A stretch of 64,000 nucleotides of DNA from a virus (Duplodnaviria; Caudoviricetes). Location: positions 101,480 through 165,479 of the IMG/VR virus record IMGVR_UViG_3300031760_000003; one strand, given 5' to 3'. Made by a program: the position numbers and the translations under genes. Numbering within the stretch: position 1 is the stretch's first letter; each line of letters starts with the position of its first letter. Positions 18,520 to 27,767 of the stretch are shown one piece after another. Under the pieces are notes generated by a model. It ran no database searches and had not been told where the DNA came from. It saw only the letters and a program-made list of their open reading frames with translations.

Positions 18520-18590
18520 CGCGAGTTAGAGGAGCGGCTCCTTGATTGGTTCATACCCAATAGACGCAAGTTCAAATCTTGCACTCGCTA
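18520..18590 (+). tRNA. tRNA-Met(CAT), initiator-like, no CCA
   Basis: C1:U72 mismatch; attgg-ttcatac-ccaat; gcaag-ttcaaat-cttgc. Confidence 0.8.
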
Positions 18591-18681
18591 TTTAGGGCTA
18601 AACCCACCAAGATATTTTACGAATTTTCACTTGTAAAAAGAAAACTAGTGCCGTATATACTAAAAATTTTTAGAAAACTTA

Positions 18682-18710
18682 TTGACATTCTAAAAAATTT
18701 TTGTTATAAT
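18682..18710 (+). promoter_or_regulatory. Consensus sigmaA promoter
   Basis: TTGACA-17-TATAAT. Confidence 0.85.
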
Positions 18711-18755
18711 ATTAGTATAGAAAATAAAAAAACATTTTTTAAAGGAGAAAACAGA

Positions 18756-19106
18756 ATGGATAAGGAACTTTTAATTAGAGTAATTGGTTACGCTTCACAG
18801 GCAGGCGCAGTTGAGGATGTTACAGAACTTACAAACATTCTTAATGGAATTATCAATCCCGTAGTTGAGAAGAAGAAGAGAGCAGCTAACAACACATCAG
18901 GTTACGTTCAGGTAGATGCTGAGACAGGTAAGGAAATCGCAAGATTTGCTACTGTTAAGGAAGCAAACATCGCTCTTGGTAAGAAAGAGACAGCTTCTAA
19001 CGTATCTGATGCTTGCCGCAACTATCAGACAGGTCATTCCAACAAAGCATGGGGATTCGCATGGTACTACGGTTCAGATTTCGATGCTCTTAAGAAGAAT
19101 AAGTAA
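18756..19106 (+). CDS. NUMOD1-like DNA-binding domain protein without a nuclease domain
   Basis: VQVDAETGKEIARFATVKEANIALG...NVSDACR...KAWGFAWYY; start corrected to the ATG after aaggag. Confidence 0.65.
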   Translation: MDKELLIRVIGYASQAGAVEDVTELTNILNGIINPVVEKKKRAANNTSGYVQVDAETGKEIARFATVKEANIALGKKETASNVSDACRNYQTGHSNKAWGFAWYYGSDFDALKKNK

Positions 19107-19225
19107 TTTAACCAGCGGCAAATCAACTATTAAAGCACTTCTAATATAGAAGTGCTTTTTATTTGGTCTATTCTAATTAAAACTTATACTTATCTTTTTA
19201 CATAATTAAAAGGAGGTATTGTTTT

Positions 19226-19426
19226 ATGAGTTATAGATTAACACAGCAAGGTGATGATGTAACATATAACGTAAGAAGTTGCGTAGTAAATAGCGAATCT
19301 GATATTGCTACTTTGCCCACTGATTGGGAATCTGGAAGTAGTGCATTAGTAATTGAAACTTCTACTGTCTTTATGTTATCAGTACCGGACGATATCACTG
19401 GTGAAAAACATTGGGTTGAAATTTAA
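19226..19426 (+). CDS. Small virion-associated hypothetical protein
   Basis: DIATLPT...GSSALVIETSTVFML...WVEI motif common in phage structural regions; RBS aggagg. Confidence 0.6.
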   Translation: MSYRLTQQGDDVTYNVRSCVVNSESDIATLPTDWESGSSALVIETSTVFMLSVPDDITGEKHWVEI

Positions 19427-19518
19427 GCAGCTTTATTTAATCTCTTATGTACAAAAGTTAAATTATTGTAGAAGATAAAATCCTTAAAATAGTTTAAATA
19501 ATATAGGAGGAAAGGTCC

Positions 19519-19848
19519 ATGGAGAAACTAATGTCTATAGTTACATATCTTGGTATCTTTGGTATACCCACAATATTTTCTATGGCAAGCTGGTGTCTCG
19601 CAAGAACCTTTAAATTTGCGGGACAGTTAAAAATTTTAATGAAAGCCCAACAGGCTCAAATGCGTGGTGAGTTGCTTAAAGATTATTACCGTTTTATGGA
19701 TAAAGGTAATGTTACTGACCTTGAGTTAGACGATTGGGAGAATAGATATTCAGCCTATCATCAGTTAGGTGCTAACGGAGTTCTGGATAGAAGAAGAGAT
19801 CAAATACTGAATCTTCCTTGCATATCATCACAACTTGACAATCATTAA
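19519..19848 (+). CDS. Holin-like membrane protein (YxxLGxNG family)
   Basis: N-terminal TM helix; RYSAYHQLGANG motif. Confidence 0.6.
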   Translation: MEKLMSIVTYLGIFGIPTIFSMASWCLARTFKFAGQLKILMKAQQAQMRGELLKDYYRFMDKGNVTDLELDDWENRYSAYHQLGANGVLDRRRDQILNLPCISSQLDNH

Positions 19849-19927
19849 AATTTTTGTTATAATAAAGGGGTAAAAAGAAATTTTTACCCCCTTATTTTTT
19901 TTGAGACAAAAGGAGTAAAGCAGAAAT

Positions 19928-20194
19928 ATGATAGAAAAAATAAATTTTGATGATTTCTTGACAGAAGAAGAAAAGAATATGTCTAATAAAGAATTTGAAA
20001 AATATATGGAATTAGAAGATAAAAAGATGGAGCAAAAGAGAGAAGACCATAGACAAGAAATGATTAAAATGATTGAAAATGATCAACAAGAATATGATAA
20101 TTTTTATCATACAAAAGTGAAAAAGATAGAAATGCATCGGGAATATATTTATCGTAAAGAACATAATTTATTAGATGTAAAAGGAGAAGAATAA
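19928..20194 (+). CDS. Hypothetical charged protein
   Basis: RBS aaggag; own sigmaA promoter at 19835-19863. Confidence 0.6.
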   Translation: MIEKINFDDFLTEEEKNMSNKEFEKYMELEDKKMEQKREDHRQEMIKMIENDQQEYDNFYHTKVKKIEMHREYIYRKEHNLLDVKGEE

Positions 20195-21336
20195 TGAAAG
20201 ATAATGAAAAAATTGTAACTGTAGGCATTCCCGCTTTTCATGCGGAAGACCATATCTGCGATGCATTGTCGTCAATAGCTATACAGACAGTTATAGATAA
20301 CATATCTGTTATTATAGCAAGTGATTCACCTAATGATAATTATGATTTTGTAAAAACTAGATTTCCTAATCTGGATATTACAATTTTACCATGTGAAGTT
20401 AATGGCGGACCTGGACTGGCGCGGCAACGAGCTTTAGATGCTTGTAAAACACCCTGGATAACTTTTATTGATGCTGATGACGTTTTTATATCACCATTAT
20501 CAATAGAAAGTCTTATAACAAAAGTTCAACCAAATGTTATTGAGGTTCAAGGAACTTTTTTCCAAGAGATTAAGGAACCAAATCCTCAAAATTTGCGGAT
20601 GATGCCTCGGAATGATCCTGGTCATCCATGGGTATTCGGTAGATTATATAACGTTAAATTTCTTAACGATAATGGTATAAAATTTAGTCGACTCAGAGCC
20701 ATGGAAGATGGTGAGCTTAACTGGAAGATACGAATGATAATAGAAGGCTCTCCATTAATGATAAATATTACTAATGACCCCGTTTATTTCTGGCGGACAG
20801 GTAGTGAACATAGTATTACTCGTATTGGAATCGAAGAGAATGACGGTATACCGCTTTACAATTTCGATTTGTGCCAAGTCGGAGCCACTGCCGCAGCTAT
20901 TAATGCGATTAAGTTCTGCCGCAAGAAGAATCCTTTCAATGGTAGTATTACTAGATTTACTGTTGAAATGATGATAGGTCATTATTTTACATATATAGAA
21001 AGTCTTGGTAAAAAGCCTTTATTTGCCGAGCAGAATTTATTTAATGCTAAAAGATTTTATCACTCTTGTTATAAAGAGATAGAACATCAAATTGATGATA
21101 AAATACTTAGTGATATGTACACTATGCAACTTGCGGGCAAGAGTACAGACTTAATCGGTATCATACCTGAAATAACTTTTTTTGATTTTATGGAAAAAAT
21201 TAAAGAAAGTGAATATAGCGGCAAGGCAGAATTCGATAAGATACGAGAAAATTTACCCGAATGGGTAGTCACTTTAGATAAAAAATCTGGAGTTTTAGGA
21301 GAAGAAGGATATATTCATACTATTGATGAACAGTAG
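20194..21336 (+). CDS. Glycosyltransferase family 2 (GT-A fold)
   Basis: VTVGIPAF, NGGPGLARQRALD, ITFIDADD, WVFGRLY and MEDG motifs. Confidence 0.9.
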   Translation: MKDNEKIVTVGIPAFHAEDHICDALSSIAIQTVIDNISVIIASDSPNDNYDFVKTRFPNLDITILPCEVNGGPGLARQRALDACKTPWITFIDADDVFISPLSIESLITKVQPNVIEVQGTFFQEIKEPNPQNLRMMPRNDPGHPWVFGRLYNVKFLNDNGIKFSRLRAMEDGELNWKIRMIIEGSPLMINITNDPVYFWRTGSEHSITRIGIEENDGIPLYNFDLCQVGATAAAINAIKFCRKKNPFNGSITRFTVEMMIGHYFTYIESLGKKPLFAEQNLFNAKRFYHSCYKEIEHQIDDKILSDMYTMQLAGKSTDLIGIIPEITFFDFMEKIKESEYSGKAEFDKIRENLPEWVVTLDKKSGVLGEEGYIHTIDEQ

Positions 21337-21394
21337 TATTAAGTGGCGATATTTATTATCGCCACTATTTTTATTTTAAGAAGGAGGTGTTAAA

Positions 21395-23980
21395 ATGTCT
21401 TCATATAGTATTTTTAATACGACATTAAGCTCTATTGGTAGAGCATTAAGATATAGATTAAATGAAAACAACTATTATCATCCGAGTGAAATGCCAGATG
21501 CTATAAATAGGATTCCATTAAAACTGCAAGACCCTTACCCTCTTAATCAAAATGTTGCTTTTGTTAATATTTACTCTTTTAATGAATCTTGGAATTATTA
21601 TATTGTAGATAATGCTAATGTGCCAAATGCATATGGTAATATAACACGTATATCTGCCGGATATGGCATTCCAATATATGCAAAGACATATCATGGTAAT
21701 TGTTATTTATTTACCAATGAAGGTTATACTTTTCCAGAGCATCTTTACGGTTATGGAGGTTCTTATTATGGCGCTATGAATTGGATAATTAATCGTAAAA
21801 TATTAACTAATTATGTATCATATTTCTCATTTATAGAAAATTTTACATTAGAAAATATTCTTTCATATAATTTTAGTAATCTTAAATATCTCGATTCTAG
21901 TTATATTTTAGGTAGCACAAATAATTTATCTTTCTTAAACAACTACAATATAAAATATTTAGGTGGTATTACTCCTTTAGATACTTGTTATATGGAAGAA
22001 CCTTGGATCGGCAATCAAGTAGAGGCATTACGAAGCACCTATTCTTCACAAAATTTTATTTTTAACTGTCAAAGAATAAAATGTCCTCAAAGTGTAAAAT
22101 ATATGAGTTTAAGTTTTTCCTCAACAATGGGACGACCTACAGAAGCAGAAATTCCAGAAGGGCTGATTGTAGGTTATGGTGCATTTCAATTTAGTAATAA
22201 AATACAACATTATTATTGCAATGGCGCAAATAGCTTAACAAATTTAAAATATGCTCAATATATGTTTGCAAGAGACAATGGACCCATAGATGTCACAATA
22301 GAGAATAGAATAAATTTTCATTTTAATTTTAATACTCCCTATATTATGAATTATCAAATGATTTTTAGAGATACTCCATATTATGGACCGGTATTAAAAA
22401 AACCTATCACTTATGTTTTAACAAATGAGGGTCTTATGTGGCTTTATTCTTCCGGTTTAGTGCAGTCAACAAATATTTTAAACTCCCAACAAGTAATTTT
22501 AAATAATATAGACAGAGATCTACCTAAACATGGTTATGAATTTTCGGATATATGTTTCCCTTATACCAGTGGAACTTTAGAATTTATTGTTGCTAATGTA
22601 GATGATTTTGGACAGTTTAATAATTCTTATTTTAAATTTGGCAATATTACAATGTTAAATAATAACGGCACACTTAATTTCAGAGATTTTCTTTATCCAT
22701 GGTCAATAAATGAGTATACTTTAAATCGATATCCTTTTATAACTCAAACAAATGTAAAAACTATAGGAGATTTTGGAGATATTTATTCTGCGGGTAATAT
22801 TTATGCTTATTATATTGATTGGCAATCAAAAGGAAGACGTAATACGAATTTCTTCCCGCATTTAACTTGCGGTGGAATAAATGTTGGTAATATAATCTGT
22901 GAAAAAAATTTTGAACAAATTATAGGGTTTCAAACGAACTTTGCCCCTACAGCATATGCTCCAAATATGACTTCAATAGGCAGTTATAAAAATATAATTT
23001 CATATAATGGAGATATTGATACAGGAGATATGCAAGGGACTCCTTTTGTCTTATCCAATAAAGAAGCTCCTCCTAATTATAGGTGTAATTACCTTACAAT
23101 AGGTAATATAATAGCATATAATGGAGATATTAATTTAAACATGATGCTTTACAAAAAAGCTTTAGGCGGTTGTACTGAAGGATTTCAATGCCATGATATT
23201 ATTGGACAAAATATTAATTTATCCTACCTATGTTATATTCAGAGTGGGGCTGATCAAGGATATAATACTATTAACCATTATTTAATAAATGCTCCTAAAA
23301 TACATGATATTATAGCAACACATAATATAAACTGTGGATATGGTCTTTTCCCTACTGGTGGTAATTTTCCATATCTTAGAAATGGAATATCTATAAATCT
23401 TTTAAAAGCAGATAATATTTATTTATATGATGCATTTTACAGAGGCGGTATTATTGGACAGCATTATAGTATAGAAAATTTAAAAAATTTAGGCTCTATT
23501 AACTTAATTGAATGTAATAATTTAAATGGATCTTCATGCTTTGAAGGATATAGTGGTGGGGATCCTTCGTTACAAACTAATATAGACCAATTTGAAATGA
23601 ATATTAAATGTTCTAACAATTTATATTGGGGTTATTCTTTAAAGTATAGTTTTTATAATAATGCTATTTTTAGATTTTATTATAACCAAAATTCTGCATC
23701 TATAAATCCCTCGATAGATATTAGATTTGTAGATTGGATTGCCTATGCTAGAGCAGCATTATATCATAAAATTACAGTTTATGTTGAAAAAGGTTCCCCC
23801 TATGACTTACAATTGTATAATGGAGGTCAAATAAATAACCAGTTTATTAATTGTTATTGGGATACTAATGAAACTACTGGGCAACCTGAACTTATCTCTA
23901 ATTACAATATGATTTGGACAGTGATTCCAAATGGATATTGTAATAGCAAATCAAATATCTATATTTACAATAATTTATAA
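21395..23980 (+). CDS. Large tail fibre / receptor-binding-like protein
   Basis: TTLSSIGRALRY...PSEMPDAINRI fibre N-terminal motif; Asn/Tyr-rich repeats. Confidence 0.6.
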   Translation: MSSYSIFNTTLSSIGRALRYRLNENNYYHPSEMPDAINRIPLKLQDPYPLNQNVAFVNIYSFNESWNYYIVDNANVPNAYGNITRISAGYGIPIYAKTYHGNCYLFTNEGYTFPEHLYGYGGSYYGAMNWIINRKILTNYVSYFSFIENFTLENILSYNFSNLKYLDSSYILGSTNNLSFLNNYNIKYLGGITPLDTCYMEEPWIGNQVEALRSTYSSQNFIFNCQRIKCPQSVKYMSLSFSSTMGRPTEAEIPEGLIVGYGAFQFSNKIQHYYCNGANSLTNLKYAQYMFARDNGPIDVTIENRINFHFNFNTPYIMNYQMIFRDTPYYGPVLKKPITYVLTNEGLMWLYSSGLVQSTNILNSQQVILNNIDRDLPKHGYEFSDICFPYTSGTLEFIVANVDDFGQFNNSYFKFGNITMLNNNGTLNFRDFLYPWSINEYTLNRYPFITQTNVKTIGDFGDIYSAGNIYAYYIDWQSKGRRNTNFFPHLTCGGINVGNIICEKNFEQIIGFQTNFAPTAYAPNMTSIGSYKNIISYNGDIDTGDMQGTPFVLSNKEAPPNYRCNYLTIGNIIAYNGDINLNMMLYKKALGGCTEGFQCHDIIGQNINLSYLCYIQSGADQGYNTINHYLINAPKIHDIIATHNINCGYGLFPTGGNFPYLRNGISINLLKADNIYLYDAFYRGGIIGQHYSIENLKNLGSINLIECNNLNGSSCFEGYSGGDPSLQTNIDQFEMNIKCSNNLYWGYSLKYSFYNNAIFRFYYNQNSASINPSIDIRFVDWIAYARAALYHKITVYVEKGSPYDLQLYNGGQINNQFINCYWDTNETTGQPELISNYNMIWTVIPNGYCNSKSNIYIYNNL

Positions 23981-23995
23981 AAAGGAGGAAGTAAA

Positions 23996-24889
23996 ATGCC
24001 AGATACCTATCAAGAAATTTACAAAATTACAGATACAGAATTGAAAAAAATAGAAGATGCAATTCGTTTTAAAAAAAACTATCCTTCTTCTTATCTAATA
24101 CCCACTGCATCTACAGATTATTTTATAAATACATTGGTTACAAATCAAGATATTGCTAGTTATATAAACACTTTTCCATATCCCGTTTTAAAACCACACT
24201 CTGTTTTTTATTATGGTGTTGACAGTTTACCTATTATGAATAATCCTTTTCATAATTATAATACTGTATTAGGAGATTCTTTAATAAGTGGTCAAATTCA
24301 TTTATTAAACTCTTATTTACAATGTTACAATCTGGAATATAATCATGCTTTTTATTTTGAAGCAAATGAAATTGGAACTCCTTTAATTAAAGGATATTTT
24401 TGGAATGGAAATACTTACCTTTATAATACCTCACCTAACCCAATAGTGGTTTATAATAATTGGCAGTATAACAATATTGTAGTAGAAGATAGGAGCTCTT
24501 TTATTTTAAATTATTTTACTCCTATCTCCAATTTAAATCTGCCGAATACTCAAACTATGGGAGTATATTTTGGAATTGTAAATACTAAAGGTCGTCGTAG
24601 AAATAGCCAATATACAAGAGATTATGGATACTTTTTTGAGCCTAATTATTTTTTAGAAAGATATTATGATACTATTCCTGCGGCAAGTAGGGTCAATAAT
24701 ACTACGTTATGGCAATATTTTTACAGCAAACAATTCACTGAACGAGCTGGACAATATATGTATGCTTTTAATGTAATGAATTACCGAAATAAATATAGTG
24801 ACTTAAATGCTGCTTTTGGTTATACTTGGGGATATTATTATGGACACTATGTAGTTAGTGGTTATAATGAGGGAAGAAGAGCCCCTTAA
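23996..24889 (+). CDS. Fibre-like protein with C-terminal endolysin-type YxDL...HY..G..EGR repeats
   Basis: TELKKIEDAIRFK N-terminal motif; FNVMNYRNKYSDLNAAFG...YYGHYVVSGYNEGRR. Confidence 0.6.
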   Translation: MPDTYQEIYKITDTELKKIEDAIRFKKNYPSSYLIPTASTDYFINTLVTNQDIASYINTFPYPVLKPHSVFYYGVDSLPIMNNPFHNYNTVLGDSLISGQIHLLNSYLQCYNLEYNHAFYFEANEIGTPLIKGYFWNGNTYLYNTSPNPIVVYNNWQYNNIVVEDRSSFILNYFTPISNLNLPNTQTMGVYFGIVNTKGRRRNSQYTRDYGYFFEPNYFLERYYDTIPAASRVNNTTLWQYFYSKQFTERAGQYMYAFNVMNYRNKYSDLNAAFGYTWGYYYGHYVVSGYNEGRRAP

Positions 24890-24897
24890 AAATAAAA

Positions 24898-25256
24898 TTG
24901 ACATTTTAAAAAATTTTTGTTATAATAAATATATAATAAAAAAGAAAATAATTTGCACCAAAAAAGGAAAACCTTGAAAATTATTTTCACTGTGAATATT
25001 ATTAACGGAATATTTACTTTACTCCGGTACTTAATAACAAAGCGGTCTTTAATCTTAAAAATATTTTTAACATTCATTTTACTCCACCGTTAATGGAGAA
25101 ATGGACACACCGCTATATTAAAATGAATGTTAAAAATAAAAATTTTTCTTGACAACTTAAAAAATTTTTGTTATAATAAATATATAAGATAACAAAATAA
25201 AAATTTTTTTAAAAGAAATAAAAATTCTTGACAAATTAAAAAATTTTTGTTATAAT
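24898..25256 (+). repeat. Three near-identical sigmaA promoter repeats
   Basis: TTGACA-17-TATAAT-aaatat at 24898, 25149 and 25228. Confidence 0.85.
24944..25138 (+). ncRNA. Putative structured small RNA with complementary (kissing) loops
   Basis: Hairpin loops attaacgg (25001-08) and ccgttaa(t) (25087-94) are exact complements; 19-bp closing stem 25062-80/25120-38. Confidence 0.65.
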
Positions 25257-25272
25257 AAATATGTAAGATAAA

Positions 25273-25884
25273 AAATATGAACTTTGACAATTTTTATGTT
25301 AAACCCATTGATAAACAGTAATTACTTATTACTGGTGGGGTATCTCGGAAATCGGAGATGATATTGAGAAGGATACTTTTCTATATTGTCTTTCTTAATA
25401 GGAGTAATTCTATTAAACAAGGCTAGGAACCAAGCGGTAAGAGATAGCATATACTATATCGCTTTATAGTGCAGGGTAAGTGTCGGCAGAGGAATAAAAA
25501 GTTAATCGAAAGATTAGCCTCTCTAGAACACTAATACAGGTGGTGCTGATTAGGACGTTCTAGAAAAACCAACAATCTGCTTCGGTGTGAACTGAAGAAA
25601 TTCAGGTATAAGACATTTATAGACGACTCTGAGTAGCTCAATGTGACGCCGTAGTCCATTCTAATTGGAAAATGTAAGTCAAATCAAGTAATGATTTAAT
25701 TTTTTGCTGAAAAAGCTGGGTGAAAGGTACGAGTAAACAATCTCGTTATGGCTTAGAAAGGGATAGAGAAGCAATTGGGTAGCTCCCATTTGCTCAGCCT
25801 CTGTTCTCCATATCGCATAATAATAAAGAAGGTATAGTATATAGTGCGAAGGCACTTCCATAAAAATTATCAAAGTTCATATTT
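25273..25884 (+). ncRNA. Large ornate ncRNA, ROOL-like (~610 nt)
   Basis: 25/26-bp terminal stem; many internal helices and a GAAA tetraloop; GC richer than flanks; no ORF with an RBS; starts just after consensus promoters. Confidence 0.65.
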
Positions 25885-25901
25885 AACACAAGAGGTAAGA
25901 T

Positions 25902-26045
25902 ATGTTTATATTAGATAAGATTAGGGAATTTCTTTTTAACAGAAAATGTCCTAGTCCAAAAATTCGTTGTTCGGTTTGCCCTTACTTTTATACTGATGAT
26001 AATAAAAATCGTAGATGCAAACTAATCGAAAAATATAAAATTTGA
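25902..26045 (+). CDS. Small Cys-rich protein (47 aa; not in ORF track)
   Basis: MFILDKIREFLFNRKCPSPKIRCSVCPYFYTDDNKNRRCKLIEKYKI; RBS gaggt. Confidence 0.55.
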   Translation: MFILDKIREFLFNRKCPSPKIRCSVCPYFYTDDNKNRRCKLIEKYKI

Positions 26046-26078
26046 TTTTTTCTATATTACTGCCTTTCTTTATATATA

Positions 26079-26116
26079 GCCCTTAATATCTTTTGATATT
26101 AAGGGCATTTTTTTTT
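26079..26116 (+). terminator. Rho-independent terminator fused to the next promoter
   Basis: gcccttaatatc-tttt-gatattaagggc plus a T tract running into TTGATT-17-TATAAT. Confidence 0.75.
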
Positions 26117-26181
26117 GATTTTTTATAAAAATAATGTTATAATTATAATATAAAATGATGAAAAAAAAGGAGTTAATATTT

Positions 26182-26481
26182 ATGCAAGACAGTCAGTTTT
26201 TTTGTACTCGATGCGGGAGGCTCGGGATACCTATTCAGAGAAGAAATGGTAGAAAAAGAGAGGCTGGACATTTAAAAAAATTATGGTGTTTAAATTGTAA
26301 AGATGAGGTTAATCACGTCGAGGTTAAAATGGGAACTCATTATAGTAAAGAAGATTTCGATTTAGAGTTTACCTATGGCAACTTCGATAAAGATGGTAAC
26401 AGGATATATCCCTATGGTATCTTTAAAACAAAAGTACACAATGGCGAAATAACATTAAAAGGAGATGATACTAATGAATAA
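26182..26481 (+). CDS. Zinc-ribbon protein (bL33-like pattern)
   Basis: CTRC...HLKKLWCLNCK..VNHVE; start moved to the ATG after aggag. Confidence 0.55.
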   Translation: MQDSQFFCTRCGRLGIPIQRRNGRKREAGHLKKLWCLNCKDEVNHVEVKMGTHYSKEDFDLEFTYGNFDKDGNRIYPYGIFKTKVHNGEITLKGDDTNE

Positions 26482-26977
26482 TAAAGAATTATATATTATG
26501 GTTGGATGTCCTGGTTCTGGTAAAGACTATTGGATAGAACATCATAAGCACGGTTTTGAAGGAAATGTTGGTATTATCAGTAGAGATAAAATCAGATACT
26601 CTAAGTTAAAAGAGGGAGAAGATTATTTCTCTCACGAGCCTGAAGTGTTTAGAGATTTTTGCTCTCAGATAAATGAAAGTTTAATAAAAAATGATGTAAC
26701 AATAGTAAATGCTACACACTTAAACAGACCTTCAAGATACAAACTTTTCAAAAATATAAAGTGTCCTGCGGGCACGAGAAGAATCGCTATGGTCATTAAC
26801 ACCCCGTTAAAGACCTGTCTTGAACAGAATGCCCGCCGCGAAGGACTTGCTAAAGTTCCCGAGGATCAGTTAAAGAATATGTTTGAAAATTTAACTATTC
26901 CTTCTCTTGAAGAGGGATTTGATACTGTATATATTTATTCAATAAACGGTGAAAGAGAAGTATATAAAATAATTTAA
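26474..26977 (+). CDS. AAA_33 / polynucleotide kinase-like P-loop kinase
   Basis: MVGCPGSGK Walker A, ISRDKIR, NATHL, CLEQNARR. Confidence 0.85.
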   Translation: MNNKELYIMVGCPGSGKDYWIEHHKHGFEGNVGIISRDKIRYSKLKEGEDYFSHEPEVFRDFCSQINESLIKNDVTIVNATHLNRPSRYKLFKNIKCPAGTRRIAMVINTPLKTCLEQNARREGLAKVPEDQLKNMFENLTIPSLEEGFDTVYIYSINGEREVYKII

Positions 26978-26991
26978 AGGAGTATAAAACT

Positions 26992-27747
26992 ATGCCAGTA
27001 CATGATGAGTTAGGAAAAAGAATGAAAGGATATGAAGCAGTACCTAAAACCGTATTAATGAAACGGACACCCGTTGCGATTAGAATCGACGGAAAAGCCT
27101 TTCATACCTTCACTAGAGGATTTAAAAAGCCTTTCGATAATATATTAGTAAAGTCAATGCAGGAGACAATGATATACCTTTGTGAGAATATACAGGGGTG
27201 TGTTTTTGGATACTGTCAGTCAGATGAAATCACTTTAATCTTAACTGACTATAAAACTTTTGATACCGCCGCATGGTTTGATTATGAAGTTCAGAAACTT
27301 TGTTCAATATCTGCGTCAATGGCAACTATGACTTTCAACAAGTTCTTTGCTAAGAATGTATATACAACTCCGTATATATCAGATTATTATGAGATATATA
27401 CCAAAGCAATAGAAAAAGGAGCCATGTTTGATTCAAGATGCTTCAACATTTCAAAAGAAGAGGTATGCAATCTTGTATACTGGCGGCAGCTTGACGCCAC
27501 CAGAAACGCTATACAGATGGTAGGACAGGCTTATTTCTCTCATAAACAGCTTCAGAATAAATCCTGTGCAATAATACAGGAAATGCTTTTCCAGGAAAAG
27601 GGTATCAATTTCAATAATTATCCCGTATATTTAAAGAGAGGAACTGCTTGTTATAATACTGAAAATGGTTGGTTATTAGACCTTAATATGCCAATTCTTA
27701 AAGGTGAAGATAGAAATTATGTAGATAAATTGATTAATTTTGAGTAA
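26992..27747 (+). CDS. thg1: tRNA(His) guanylyltransferase Thg1-like protein
   Basis: RIDGKAFHTFT, QSDEITL, FDSRCF and WRQLDATRN motifs. Confidence 0.92.
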   Translation: MPVHDELGKRMKGYEAVPKTVLMKRTPVAIRIDGKAFHTFTRGFKKPFDNILVKSMQETMIYLCENIQGCVFGYCQSDEITLILTDYKTFDTAAWFDYEVQKLCSISASMATMTFNKFFAKNVYTTPYISDYYEIYTKAIEKGAMFDSRCFNISKEEVCNLVYWRQLDATRNAIQMVGQAYFSHKQLQNKSCAIIQEMLFQEKGINFNNYPVYLKRGTACYNTENGWLLDLNMPILKGEDRNYVDKLINFE

Positions 27748-27767
27748 AAGGAGGAATTATAACAAAA

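Noticed and set aside
18280-18584. Minus-strand ORFs 18280-18474 and 18390-18584
   Set aside because: They are antisense to tRNA genes
18591-18665. Theta/HDV-like ribozyme after tRNA-Met
   Set aside because: Only weak hairpins; I could not build the nested double pseudoknot
2215-24889. DGR variable repeat in one of the fibre genes
   Set aside because: No gene end matches the TR at non-adenine positions on manual inspection
24898-25262. CRISPR-like repeat-spacer array
   Set aside because: The repeats are consensus promoters, the spacers are very unequal, and there are no cas genes
24886-25873. Minus-strand ORFs 24886-25077 and 25679-25873
   Set aside because: They overlap promoters and structured RNAs and have no RBS
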